Shown in pieces: positions 8,593-16,980 of a stretch of DNA of 64,000 nt. A program made the position numbers and the translations under genes. This DNA is from Candidatus Termititenax sp. (GTDB lineage Bacteria > Margulisbacteria > Riflemargulisbacteria > GWF2-35-9 > DYQY01). The stretch is from NCBI GenBank assembly GCA_020719045.1, contig DYQY01000003.1, positions 62,149 through 126,148 on the forward strand, given 5' to 3'. Below the pieces are notes generated by a model. That model was not told the DNA's origin and searched no databases. It saw nothing but the letters and a program-made list of their open reading frames with translations. The first letter of the stretch is position 1; every line of letters begins with the position of its first letter.

Positions 8593-9804
8593 TTATATGT
8601 TTTTACAAGCAACCCAAAGGTCAAACATATTTGCCTCATCATTTCTTCTTGCAAACAACCCACTATTATCGGACCATTCAGCCCTCATAGTTGTATTCAT
8701 GTTTCTAATTAATCCAGGAACAGCTGCTAAATTTCCTTGTTGAATTGCCTGACGAATTAAAGGGAACTCCTCTCTGCTACTTCCTTCCTCCGAAGTTCCT
8801 CTATTAAAAACTAAACTAACAATAGCCGTCTTACAGCCAGCGAGTAGTTTGTCATATGCTTCTACACCAAGCCAATTTCTTGCCATTGAAATATATTTTG
8901 GCATAGTTTTATCTTCATATATCTTCATTGCAACATCATATGGAATTTCTATATCACTAATACTAGCCAAAACGCTGGATTTGCTTTCACCTTTAATATA
9001 CCTAAGTTGAGCTTCTTTAAGTCTATTGCACTTTTCCTCTCCAATATACTCATTTAGCTCCATAACGTTATTATGCTTAAGGTCATACCCAACTCCAATT
9101 GTAATTCCACTATTAACACCGGGAACGGTTGGTTTCTTTAAGATTGCTTCATAATGTGACTTGCTCGAGATCTCAAACTTTGATATAAATTCACTCATTC
9201 CTTGTTCGCCCATTTGATTAAGAAAAGCTGGTTTTTCTTCCAATGACATATTATGTAATGAACTATCACTATATCGCTCATATAATAATCTTGAACTATC
9301 CTGTTCAGATATTTCTATTCCTAATAGAGAGGACATAGCTATTAAAGTATCAGGACCAAGCTTACCGTCTATGGCTATTGATTCTGGCATTAACGATTGA
9401 AAATGCTTTACCACATCCATTATCTGGTCATCTGTTAACCCATGTAAACCTAAAACTTTCTCAGCAAAATCCCTATTCCATGTTCTCCAATCTCCGATTT
9501 TATAACCTGAACTAACTTTCTCATCAACAAATGACTTACTAGTCTCCCCTTTAAATCCATAAGCTATATTTGCCTTAAACGCCTCAGGTGTTTTGTTGTT
9601 TTCTTTGAAATCAAGTATTTCTGGCTTAGTCTGCTCAATACTTCCAGTCGTAGGTGGCCACCCATTAGGACAAACACCGGAAAAACTTACAGGAGTACCT
9701 GTTTCAGGAAAGAACTCAGCAGAAGAATCCTTTCTCTCCACAGAGCTCACTGCAGAAAGACTAGTATTTGTGGCTGCTATATCTAATGGTAATACAAATG
9801 TCAC
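8593..9804 (-). CDS. cytoplasmic (signal-less) peptidoglycan-binding + lysozyme-like (T4/GH24-like) protein with an N-terminal domain of unknown function
   Basis: No signal peptide or TM segment. The central IDGKLGPDTLIAMSSLLG resembles the PG_binding_1 motif. The C-terminal ~170 aa (TIGVGYDL...SLVFNRGT...RR.DEANMF) align by eye with T4 lysozyme/pesticin-type muramidases. Confidence 0.55.
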   Translation of the reverse strand: MTFVLPLDIAATNTSLSAVSSVERKDSSAEFFPETGTPVSFSGVCPNGWPPTTGSIEQTKPEILDFKENNKTPEAFKANIAYGFKGETSKSFVDEKVSSGYKIGDWRTWNRDFAEKVLGLHGLTDDQIMDVVKHFQSLMPESIAIDGKLGPDTLIAMSSLLGIEISEQDSSRLLYERYSDSSLHNMSLEEKPAFLNQMGEQGMSEFISKFEISSKSHYEAILKKPTVPGVNSGITIGVGYDLKHNNVMELNEYIGEEKCNRLKEAQLRYIKGESKSSVLASISDIEIPYDVAMKIYEDKTMPKYISMARNWLGVEAYDKLLAGCKTAIVSLVFNRGTSEEGSSREEFPLIRQAIQQGNLAAVPGLIRNMNTTMRAEWSDNSGLFARRNDEANMFDLWVACKNI

Positions 9805-9888
9805 GTTAACTTCCGCCCCTACGCTGAATATACAATTACATTAGTATTAAGCCCATTATTCTTTAGATTTAAACATACGATTTTGAGT

Positions 9889-10590
9889 TTAATCTTCTAG
9901 CGCCAAATAGTTAACAGTTTTTGACCAAGAGATTAACAATACCTTTATAATTGGCCACCATAAATATAAGAAAAAAGAATATTCTAAAGCAGCAAGCTTA
10001 GCAAAAAAGAAACCTTTCTTTTTCCCTAAGATGATTATCAATGCCTGCGCAAAACTATAAAGCTCATCAAAAGCAAGATAACATCTACATAGCAAGTTAT
10101 ACTTCTCGACTTTTGTACTATCGAAATCAATAAGCAAAATGTCATTATCCAGAACATACCAATTACCATAATGAGCAATATCTCTATGGAAAAAACCCTT
10201 TTTGTTAATTATTCTAATTGAAGATATCAGCTTCTTAACAACTTGCGCTCTCTCACTATCTGTTATGCTTAACAAATACTCCTTACTATCAACCGCCTTT
10301 ACTCTTTCCATAACAATAACAGTGACATCTTCAAACCAGACTATACCAAAAATTCTAACAAAATACTTCTCAATATCCTTTTTTAGTAAATACTGGTAGT
10401 TATTAAATATCTGTTTGGCTATAAGAGGTTCAGCATAAACCTTAAGTACCAAATTATTTTTCTCATCCAAATAAATAGTAGCTTTCTTAGAACTACTAAT
10501 TTTTTCTAATTCTGAAAGTCTCTCTAGATTAAATGAAATAAAATAATCCTCAAGCTGTGTGCCTTGATTTGTAAGTTTATAGTTAGTCAT
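9889..10590 (-). CDS. small protein-kinase-like (PKL fold; Kdo-kinase/RIO-like) protein with a hydrophobic C-terminal tail
   Basis: 233 aa. A VLKVY beta3-lysine candidate, an HRDIAHYGN catalytic loop and an LIDFD (DFG-equivalent) are present. The last ~40 aa are strongly hydrophobic. The start overlaps the upstream rSAM stop (ATGA). Confidence 0.5.
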   Translation of the reverse strand: MTNYKLTNQGTQLEDYFISFNLERLSELEKISSSKKATIYLDEKNNLVLKVYAEPLIAKQIFNNYQYLLKKDIEKYFVRIFGIVWFEDVTVIVMERVKAVDSKEYLLSITDSERAQVVKKLISSIRIINKKGFFHRDIAHYGNWYVLDNDILLIDFDSTKVEKYNLLCRCYLAFDELYSFAQALIIILGKKKGFFFAKLAALEYSFFLYLWWPIIKVLLISWSKTVNYLALED

Positions 10591-12062
10591 TTAACATCTC
10601 CAAGCTTTTTAAACAATGAAGAAGCAATCAACATATGCTCGGCAAATGGTATTGACCTTTTATTATTGTCATCTTCTTTAATTTCTTTCATCGGGGAATA
10701 TGCATATAGCTCAGAAGATAATACTCCGTTTTCGTTCTTATAAAGCACCAAAGAAGATAACTCTTCTATGCCAAACTTTTCAGGATTCTTCTGCACCTCT
10801 GATCCATAACAAACATGAAAAGGACTTAGTGAGTTATCATAATAATATGGTCTAAGTTCTTTTAGAAAATTCATGGAAAGCGCTAAGTCTTCTTCTGTTT
10901 CACTTGGAAATCCCTGCATCATAAGCACTACATTCTGAATGCCGGCTATATGTGCATCAATAATATTCCTTTTCGCTGCCTCTACAACTACTGGTTTCTT
11001 CATTAACTTTAGTATTCTTGGACTTGCAGACTCTACACCCCAACATATCCACCTGCAACCAGCCTGATACATTTCCTCTAAAACAGTAGCTGTAATCTTC
11101 TCTTGAGGCATAATCATACACGCCCAATAAAACTTTCCTGCTAAAACACTATTAAGAAAACCTACATCATCAAAAGTTATCATCTGGTCAGCCAGAAACA
11201 AAAAATTCACGCCTTTTCCATAAAGAAACTCTGCCTTCTTAATAAAACCTTCCTTGTTTGCATCTACTGAAGGGAAATACATATTATTATGCGAACAAAA
11301 CGTGCATTTATTCCAATCACAGCCTCGCTTATACTGGATAGACACCACTGAGCTTGGGTTAAAATATTTATTTATCTCTATACCATCAAAGTTAGGCTCA
11401 AACACCAACCCCCTTAAAACATTATCTACCTCTTCTGTCTTAATAATCTTCCCACTGTTCCTATAAAACAAATTTGGTATTGCAAAAACATCACTGTTCT
11501 CTGCAAGCTGTTTTAACAAGCAAAACAAACTTTCCTCGCTTTCTCGATGAAGCACATAATCTATTTCTGGGAACATCATCATTAATTGCTTTTTATCTAT
11601 ATGATTAAGATACGACCCACCCAAAATAACAATCTTCTCAGGACATTTCTCTTTAATATACTTAACGAAAGCCATTGTTGAATAGAACTGAGAAGCACCA
11701 CCTCTATGATGAAAGGTCCAAGAAATACAGACGATATCTGCAAGTTTGTTTAAGTCTACCTCTAAAGGAAAATCTATTCCTGTTTCTAAATACTTAACTA
11801 GTTTCTGCTCTAACTCTACCTGAAAAACATTCCACTTCTCGGCAACCAAGTAAGAATCAGACATATAGTTATCCCACTCTCCAGAAACAATACGATTATA
11901 GGATTCTAGCCCACCAAATTGTTTATTAAATAAGTGAATATTTAAATCCAATATTTCAATATCTTTAAAGCCTCTCGCCATAAGATAACCTGCAAGTTCA
12001 CACAAATGATAAGGAATAAAAGTGGGAGAACAAAATGGCAAGAAAACTAACTGGGCTTTCAT
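10587..12062 (-). CDS. B12-binding-domain radical SAM enzyme (class B-like)
   Basis: 491 aa. An N-terminal Rossmann-like B12-binding region (KIVILGGSY) precedes a radical SAM core with cluster motif RGCDWNKCTFCS, which reads as CX4CX2C rather than CX3CX2C. The gene is 3 nt downstream of the sixA-like stop. Confidence 0.75.
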   Translation of the reverse strand: MKAQLVFLPFCSPTFIPYHLCELAGYLMARGFKDIEILDLNIHLFNKQFGGLESYNRIVSGEWDNYMSDSYLVAEKWNVFQVELEQKLVKYLETGIDFPLEVDLNKLADIVCISWTFHHRGGASQFYSTMAFVKYIKEKCPEKIVILGGSYLNHIDKKQLMMMFPEIDYVLHRESEESLFCLLKQLAENSDVFAIPNLFYRNSGKIIKTEEVDNVLRGLVFEPNFDGIEINKYFNPSSVVSIQYKRGCDWNKCTFCSHNNMYFPSVDANKEGFIKKAEFLYGKGVNFLFLADQMITFDDVGFLNSVLAGKFYWACMIMPQEKITATVLEEMYQAGCRWICWGVESASPRILKLMKKPVVVEAAKRNIIDAHIAGIQNVVLMMQGFPSETEEDLALSMNFLKELRPYYYDNSLSPFHVCYGSEVQKNPEKFGIEELSSLVLYKNENGVLSSELYAYSPMKEIKEDDNNKRSIPFAEHMLIASSLFKKLGDVK

Positions 12063-12065
12063 TTG

Positions 12066-12560
12066 TTACTTAAACATCCGAGGATAAAAATAATCTACTT
12101 TCTTACCACAACCAGAAGTAATTTCTATCCAATTATCAATCTCTAAATCGACAACAAAAACAGAACAAGTTGGGACATAGCCTATAAAAGAACCAGATAG
12201 CTCTTCGGCAAACTCAGAGATTACTGGGTTATGACCAAACAGAAAAGCAGTTTCTGCATTAATTGGAATCTGCTCGACTGCACGGTAATATGACTGCACC
12301 TCATTAAACTCATACAGACTATCCATCAACTGAATATCTTTGGAATACCCTATTTCTTTGCAAATTCTCTTAGCTGTCTTCATTGCTCTTATCGCTGGAC
12401 TAGAAATAACTACATCTGGGGCTTTATACTTTTGACTTAGCTTGCTACCTATTAACACTGAATCAGTTTTGCCTCTTTCATTTAGAGGTCTTTCAATATC
12501 ACCAAGCTCAGCATTAGCCCAATCAGACTTAGCATGTCGAATAATAAACAATCTTTTCAT
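12066..12560 (-). CDS. SixA-like phosphohistidine phosphatase (histidine phosphatase superfamily, branch 1)
   Basis: 164 aa. The N-terminal IIRHAKS (RHG-type catalytic motif) and overall length match SixA. Confidence 0.7.
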   Translation of the reverse strand: MKRLFIIRHAKSDWANAELGDIERPLNERGKTDSVLIGSKLSQKYKAPDVVISSPAIRAMKTAKRICKEIGYSKDIQLMDSLYEFNEVQSYYRAVEQIPINAETAFLFGHNPVISEFAEELSGSFIGYVPTCSVFVVDLEIDNWIEITSGCGKKVDYFYPRMFK

Positions 12561-12638
12561 ATTAATATTGTACTATTGAAAAGAATAAATATCTTCCACT
12601 CAGTTTACATTTATCTCATTTACCATGATAATAAAACC

Positions 12639-13328
12639 ATGACAAAAACAGCTATACTTATTGATGGGGGATTTTTCCTGAAAAGATACTACACGGTTTA
12701 TGGACGATCTCCAATGGATGATGGTGCTGATAAAGTAACAAAAACCATCTCTAACATCTGCTCAGAGTTCCAAAAGAAGTTTGAATTTGATTTGCTTAAG
12801 ATCTTTTACTATGACTGTTTCCCTTATATTAATAAAGAAAAAACACCTATCTCTGGCAAAGTAATTGATTTTAGTCAAACATCTTTGGCTCAGTTTAAAA
12901 TGAAACTTTTTGACGAACTTAAAAAAACAAGGAAAATGGTTTTAAGACTAGGAGAACTAAAAACAGGATACGGTTGGCTAATAAAACCTATGCTAACCAA
13001 AGGATTATTAAGTGGCGCTACAGATTTTAAATCGTTATCCGATGATGACTTTTACTTTGACCTTCAACAAAAAGGTGTTGATATGAAAATTGGATTAGAC
13101 ATATCAACATTCGCATACAAAAAACAAGTAGACCAGATAATCCTAGTAGCTGGCGATGCAGACTTTGTTCCTGCTGCAAAAGTAGCTAGAAGAGAAGGGA
13201 TTGACTTCATTCTAGATCCTATGTGGCAACATATTGATGACCAACTTTTTGAACATATTGATGGCATTTACTCCGTCTGCCCTAACCCAAATCAGAAGAA
13301 CAAAAGGGTAAACAGAAACTTACCATAA
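12639..13328 (+). CDS. NYN-domain (LabA-like PIN-type nuclease fold) protein
   Basis: AILIDGGF near the N-terminus plus GVDMKIGLDI and ILVAGDADFVPAA acidic motifs are characteristic of NYN/LabA. The start is moved to the ATG at 12639, in frame with the track ORF at 12534, whose first 35 codons overlap the sixA-like gene and look spurious. Confidence 0.7.
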   Translation: MTKTAILIDGGFFLKRYYTVYGRSPMDDGADKVTKTISNICSEFQKKFEFDLLKIFYYDCFPYINKEKTPISGKVIDFSQTSLAQFKMKLFDELKKTRKMVLRLGELKTGYGWLIKPMLTKGLLSGATDFKSLSDDDFYFDLQQKGVDMKIGLDISTFAYKKQVDQIILVAGDADFVPAAKVARREGIDFILDPMWQHIDDQLFEHIDGIYSVCPNPNQKNKRVNRNLP

Positions 13329-13330
13329 TA

Positions 13331-14044
13331 ATGCGTCCTAAAAATTACCTTGGGATATACATTATTGGCATTTCACTTATTCTATTTATAGTAACCTATA
13401 TGAACTACAGCTACAATAATTACCTTAAAGCATCTAAAGGTGTTCTTATTTATGAACACAATAAAAACTATTCAAGAAAAATTTCATTTAAAAATAACAG
13501 CATTTATAGCATGTTTAACGCATCAATTGGCCCAGAAATAGAACAAATTAGTTTTTCTAGTGCTACTTTCAAAAACAAAGATGGGATAGTCAATATTCAC
13601 TTACTAGGGGACAAACCTTACTTTGTTCATATTGAGAAAAAGGGAATCAATCAAAACATAAAAACCTTTTACAACGGCAATAGCGAACAAAAAAGGTTTC
13701 AACTAAAAACATTTAAAAAAGACAAAGAACCTATAGATATACAAGAATCACTAATGCACCAACTTGTCTACTTGCCATATATCCCAAGTTATCTTGGACA
13801 CATTGATATTAAAAAGAGTTCTGGTGAAGAATACTATGTATCTTTCAAAGATAAAACAATCACAGCAAATATAACTACTAACGAATCAGGACTAATTACA
13901 TCAATCACTACAAGAAAATATAGTTCCTTATATTCTGATTATAAAAACGAAAAAGGTGTTATGCTTCCCAAAAAACTAATAATCAATGGAAATAACTATC
14001 TACTAAAAAAAATAAAGATGAATATAATTAATACACATCGTTAG
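13331..14044 (+). CDS. membrane-anchored hypothetical protein (single N-terminal TM, Asn/Lys-rich ectodomain)
   Basis: 237 aa. Its ATG lies 2 nt after the NYN gene stop (taataATG), so it is in the same operon. Confidence 0.4.
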   Translation: MRPKNYLGIYIIGISLILFIVTYMNYSYNNYLKASKGVLIYEHNKNYSRKISFKNNSIYSMFNASIGPEIEQISFSSATFKNKDGIVNIHLLGDKPYFVHIEKKGINQNIKTFYNGNSEQKRFQLKTFKKDKEPIDIQESLMHQLVYLPYIPSYLGHIDIKKSSGEEYYVSFKDKTITANITTNESGLITSITTRKYSSLYSDYKNEKGVMLPKKLIINGNNYLLKKIKMNIINTHR

Positions 14045-15143
14045 GAACGACGTCTTCTGAAATACAGGTTTTACCTTTATTCCAATACTCTAACTCACGG
14101 TTATACTTCTTACCAAACTGATTCCATACTCCAATAAATAAAGAAGCAAAAACTGGGCCAATAATAAACCCAATTGGACCGAACCACGCTAACCCACCAA
14201 GTGTTGATAAAAATATTATCGCTGGATGTGGACCTGCGCGCCTAGAAACAAATATTGGCTTTATATAGCTCTGTGTAATAGTCGTCCCAGCATAGGCTAA
14301 AACTATAACAGACAAACCCATAACCCAATTTCCAGAAACAATAAGAAATATTCCGGCAGGCACTAATACAAAGATAGCTCCAACAATGGGAATAATAGAA
14401 AGCATCATTATTACAACTCCCCAAAAAACAGGGGAACCTAAACCAAACAAATAAAAAATAAGTGCACCATATAATCCTTCTAAAACTCCAACAAAAATTG
14501 TTCCAAGCAAAGTTGCGTCAGTAATATTCATCACCTCATCAAGAAGATGTTGCTCTTCTTTATCATCCAACGGGGACAAATACATAAGCTTTTTTAAAAG
14601 CTTATCCCCATCTGTATATAAAAAATAAACCGTAAAGAATATTATAAATAGATGGAAAATATTTACACTTAAAATCCAAAGAACCTGACTTGTAAGATTA
14701 ACAATCTGCCCAGTCGAGCCCTTGAGCACATTAGTAAGCTCAGCCATAACATCAATTCTTAACCCACTATCAAATAATGGTCTAAAAACTGAAAGCTCAC
14801 TCATTCTATTAATAAAATCTTGTATCTTTGGTATCGAAGATATTATAAATGCATATATTCTTACCATCTCGTTTGCGAGCACTACCCCAATAATAATAAA
14901 AGGAATAATAATTAAAAAAACAGCCAAAAGCACTGTTAACGCTGAAGCTAAAGACTTAAACTTTAATTTTGCATAAAAGAAATTAAAAAAACCTCTCATA
15001 ACATGAGCAAGAATTATTGCTAAAAAAATATCAATAAAATAAGGTGATAATATTTTGTAAAAAACCAAAGTAAGCGAAACTAATAAAAAAAAGAAAAACC
15101 AATCGGGGATACTTAGCCTTTTCATAAACACCTCTATACTCAT
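14028..15143 (-). CDS. AI-2E family (UPF0118/PerM-like) transporter
   Basis: 371 aa, ~8 TM, with a conserved central cytoplasmic loop architecture. Confidence 0.65.
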   Translation of the reverse strand: MSIEVFMKRLSIPDWFFFFLLVSLTLVFYKILSPYFIDIFLAIILAHVMRGFFNFFYAKLKFKSLASALTVLLAVFLIIIPFIIIGVVLANEMVRIYAFIISSIPKIQDFINRMSELSVFRPLFDSGLRIDVMAELTNVLKGSTGQIVNLTSQVLWILSVNIFHLFIIFFTVYFLYTDGDKLLKKLMYLSPLDDKEEQHLLDEVMNITDATLLGTIFVGVLEGLYGALIFYLFGLGSPVFWGVVIMMLSIIPIVGAIFVLVPAGIFLIVSGNWVMGLSVIVLAYAGTTITQSYIKPIFVSRRAGPHPAIIFLSTLGGLAWFGPIGFIIGPVFASLFIGVWNQFGKKYNRELEYWNKGKTCISEDVVPNDVY

Positions 15144-15183
15144 TATATAAGAAGGTTTATAAAAAAACCTAGAGGGAATCTAA

Positions 15184-15984
15184 TTAAACTATTTCTAAGT
15201 GAGTAGCATGTTGCTTATTGATGTACTCAACTAGCTGCTTTAGTTTACCCATACTATAATCATTTACTGGAAAAGTTCCTGTGTAATAACTAGAAGCGAA
15301 CTCGGAAATATACTTATTCACCATATGAACGGCAAGCGTCCTTTCCCTAAGACTTGTAGCTTCACCTATTTTCACTATCTTTTGCTTCAAAGTAATAAAC
15401 TTCTTCTGATAATAATTCATCTCTGTTGTTCTTATGTTTTCTCTAATATCATCTATTACCTGCGCCCAATGAACATCATGAAACGCATATACGATTACTG
15501 GCTTTGTATTATTTAAATAAATGTTTCTCATCTGTCTTTTATATTCTATAGAAAACTCAGGATTAAGCATCTCCACTACAACATAAAGCTTATAGTTAAT
15601 CGCCCAGCCTAGAACCCTTTTCTTGAGGCTCTCTGGAATAATTCTTGCTAACATCTCATTGTTATAAGGTACATCTTCGTTATATCCATGGAAATAAGCT
15701 CGCCCTGTCTCGCCAAGCATAAGATTAATCTCTTCTAAAAATGAATCCTTATATCCAAGCATCAAATTATAGGTTGTCTTGTACTGATTAAGTATAATTT
15801 TGCTCTCATTTGCTTCCGGACCAACGGCTGCTCCATCCCTGACTTCTTCGGACTTGTTAATGAAGGTTACGTCTGGGTTTGGTAAAAAATCCTTAAACTT
15901 AGGCCTTTCCAGATCTCTTTCTTCACGTCTAGCGTCAATCTGTATATGTGGCGCATTAGGTATATGTATGCTTCCGATTTCCAT
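15184..15984 (-). CDS. hypothetical protein
   Basis: 266 aa soluble ORF with coding-like composition; no motif recognised. Confidence 0.35.
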   Translation of the reverse strand: MEIGSIHIPNAPHIQIDARREERDLERPKFKDFLPNPDVTFINKSEEVRDGAAVGPEANESKIILNQYKTTYNLMLGYKDSFLEEINLMLGETGRAYFHGYNEDVPYNNEMLARIIPESLKKRVLGWAINYKLYVVVEMLNPEFSIEYKRQMRNIYLNNTKPVIVYAFHDVHWAQVIDDIRENIRTTEMNYYQKKFITLKQKIVKIGEATSLRERTLAVHMVNKYISEFASSYYTGTFPVNDYSMGKLKQLVEYINKQHATHLEIV

Positions 15985-16029
15985 TTTCTTCCTCTATATT
16001 TAAAACTATATATAAATATCGACACAAAC

Positions 16030-16064
16030 AAAAAATATTCCCATTTATTTTAAAAAATATTCCC
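16030..16064. promoter_or_regulatory. 13-nt direct repeat (aaaaaatattccc x2, starts 22 nt apart) in a divergent promoter region
   Basis: Exact copies at 16030-16042 and 16052-16064, between the divergent genes 15184..15984(-) and 16138..16980(+). Confidence 0.35.
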
Positions 16065-16137
16065 CTTAATCCTATTCTATAATAAAATCAAACTTGATAC
16101 AAAATTCTTTATATCTACTTTTGAGTGGGGGACAACT

Positions 16138-16980
16138 ATGATTAAAAAAACAATTATTCTTTTATGCCTTATAACCTCTATGTTTATGCTACAAGGGTTT
16201 AGTGACGAGAACCTATTTAGACATGATGAAGATGTTACCATTGAAGAAGGGACAACTGTTAATAACATCGTTTGCATTAATGGCAACGTTACACTAAATG
16301 GAACTGTTAAGGAAAATATTGTTGTATTTAACGGTAACCTTACTCTTGGCAAAAATGCTGACATAAAAGGCGAAACAGTTATCATTGGTGGAGCAATAAC
16401 TAAATCAAGAACAGCTAAAACTATGGGGGGAGTTACAACTATTTCTTCTGACCAAATTACTAAGCTTAGTCACTCACTTAAGTACTACGAACCTAAAAAA
16501 CCAATCTTTCTCGACTTCATTAAACCTTTAATAAACATATCATTCTTTATTCTAATTTTACTTACGGTTATCTTCTTTCCAAAAACAGTTGGAGGAGCAT
16601 CATTTATTGCAGAAACAAGACCATGGAAAACACTATTTACGGGAATTCTCTCCTCAGTTTTGATTTTCCCTATTATTGTTCTGCTGCTTATATCTTTGAT
16701 TGGAATAACACTAATACCTGTTTTCATAATTGCACTCATTCTAATTATTTTGTTTGGAACAGTAGCAATCTACCAGCTTGTTGGCAAAAAAATATCAGGC
16801 TTATTCAGAATTAAAGACATACCAATTCTATGGGAAACATTAGTTGGAATAATCTCAATTTACCTAATAGGTTTAATTCCGCTATTTTGTAGTGCAATTA
16901 CAATAGTTATTGCCACCCTTGGACTAGGCGCTGGTGTTTTATATATTGCACAACTTAGAAAACCTAAAAAAGTAGATTAA
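16138..16980 (+). CDS. bactofilin-like beta-helix domain fused to a C-terminal polytopic membrane domain
   Basis: A signal/TM N-terminus, then NIVCINGNVTLNGTVKENIVVFNGNLTLGKNADIKGETVIIGGAI beta-helical repeats, then ~4 TM helices. Confidence 0.5.
   Translation: MIKKTIILLCLITSMFMLQGFSDENLFRHDEDVTIEEGTTVNNIVCINGNVTLNGTVKENIVVFNGNLTLGKNADIKGETVIIGGAITKSRTAKTMGGVTTISSDQITKLSHSLKYYEPKKPIFLDFIKPLINISFFILILLTVIFFPKTVGGASFIAETRPWKTLFTGILSSVLIFPIIVLLLISLIGITLIPVFIIALILIILFGTVAIYQLVGKKISGLFRIKDIPILWETLVGIISIYLIGLIPLFCSAITIVIATLGLGAGVLYIAQLRKPKKVD

Noticed and set aside
12534-12638. The 5' extension of the NYN-domain ORF proposed by the track (start 12534).
   Set aside because: It would overlap the 3' end of the convergently... 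actually divergently oriented sixA-like gene by 27 nt and encodes an isoleucine-rich low-complexity peptide. The in-frame ATG at 12639 precedes the first conserved NYN motif.
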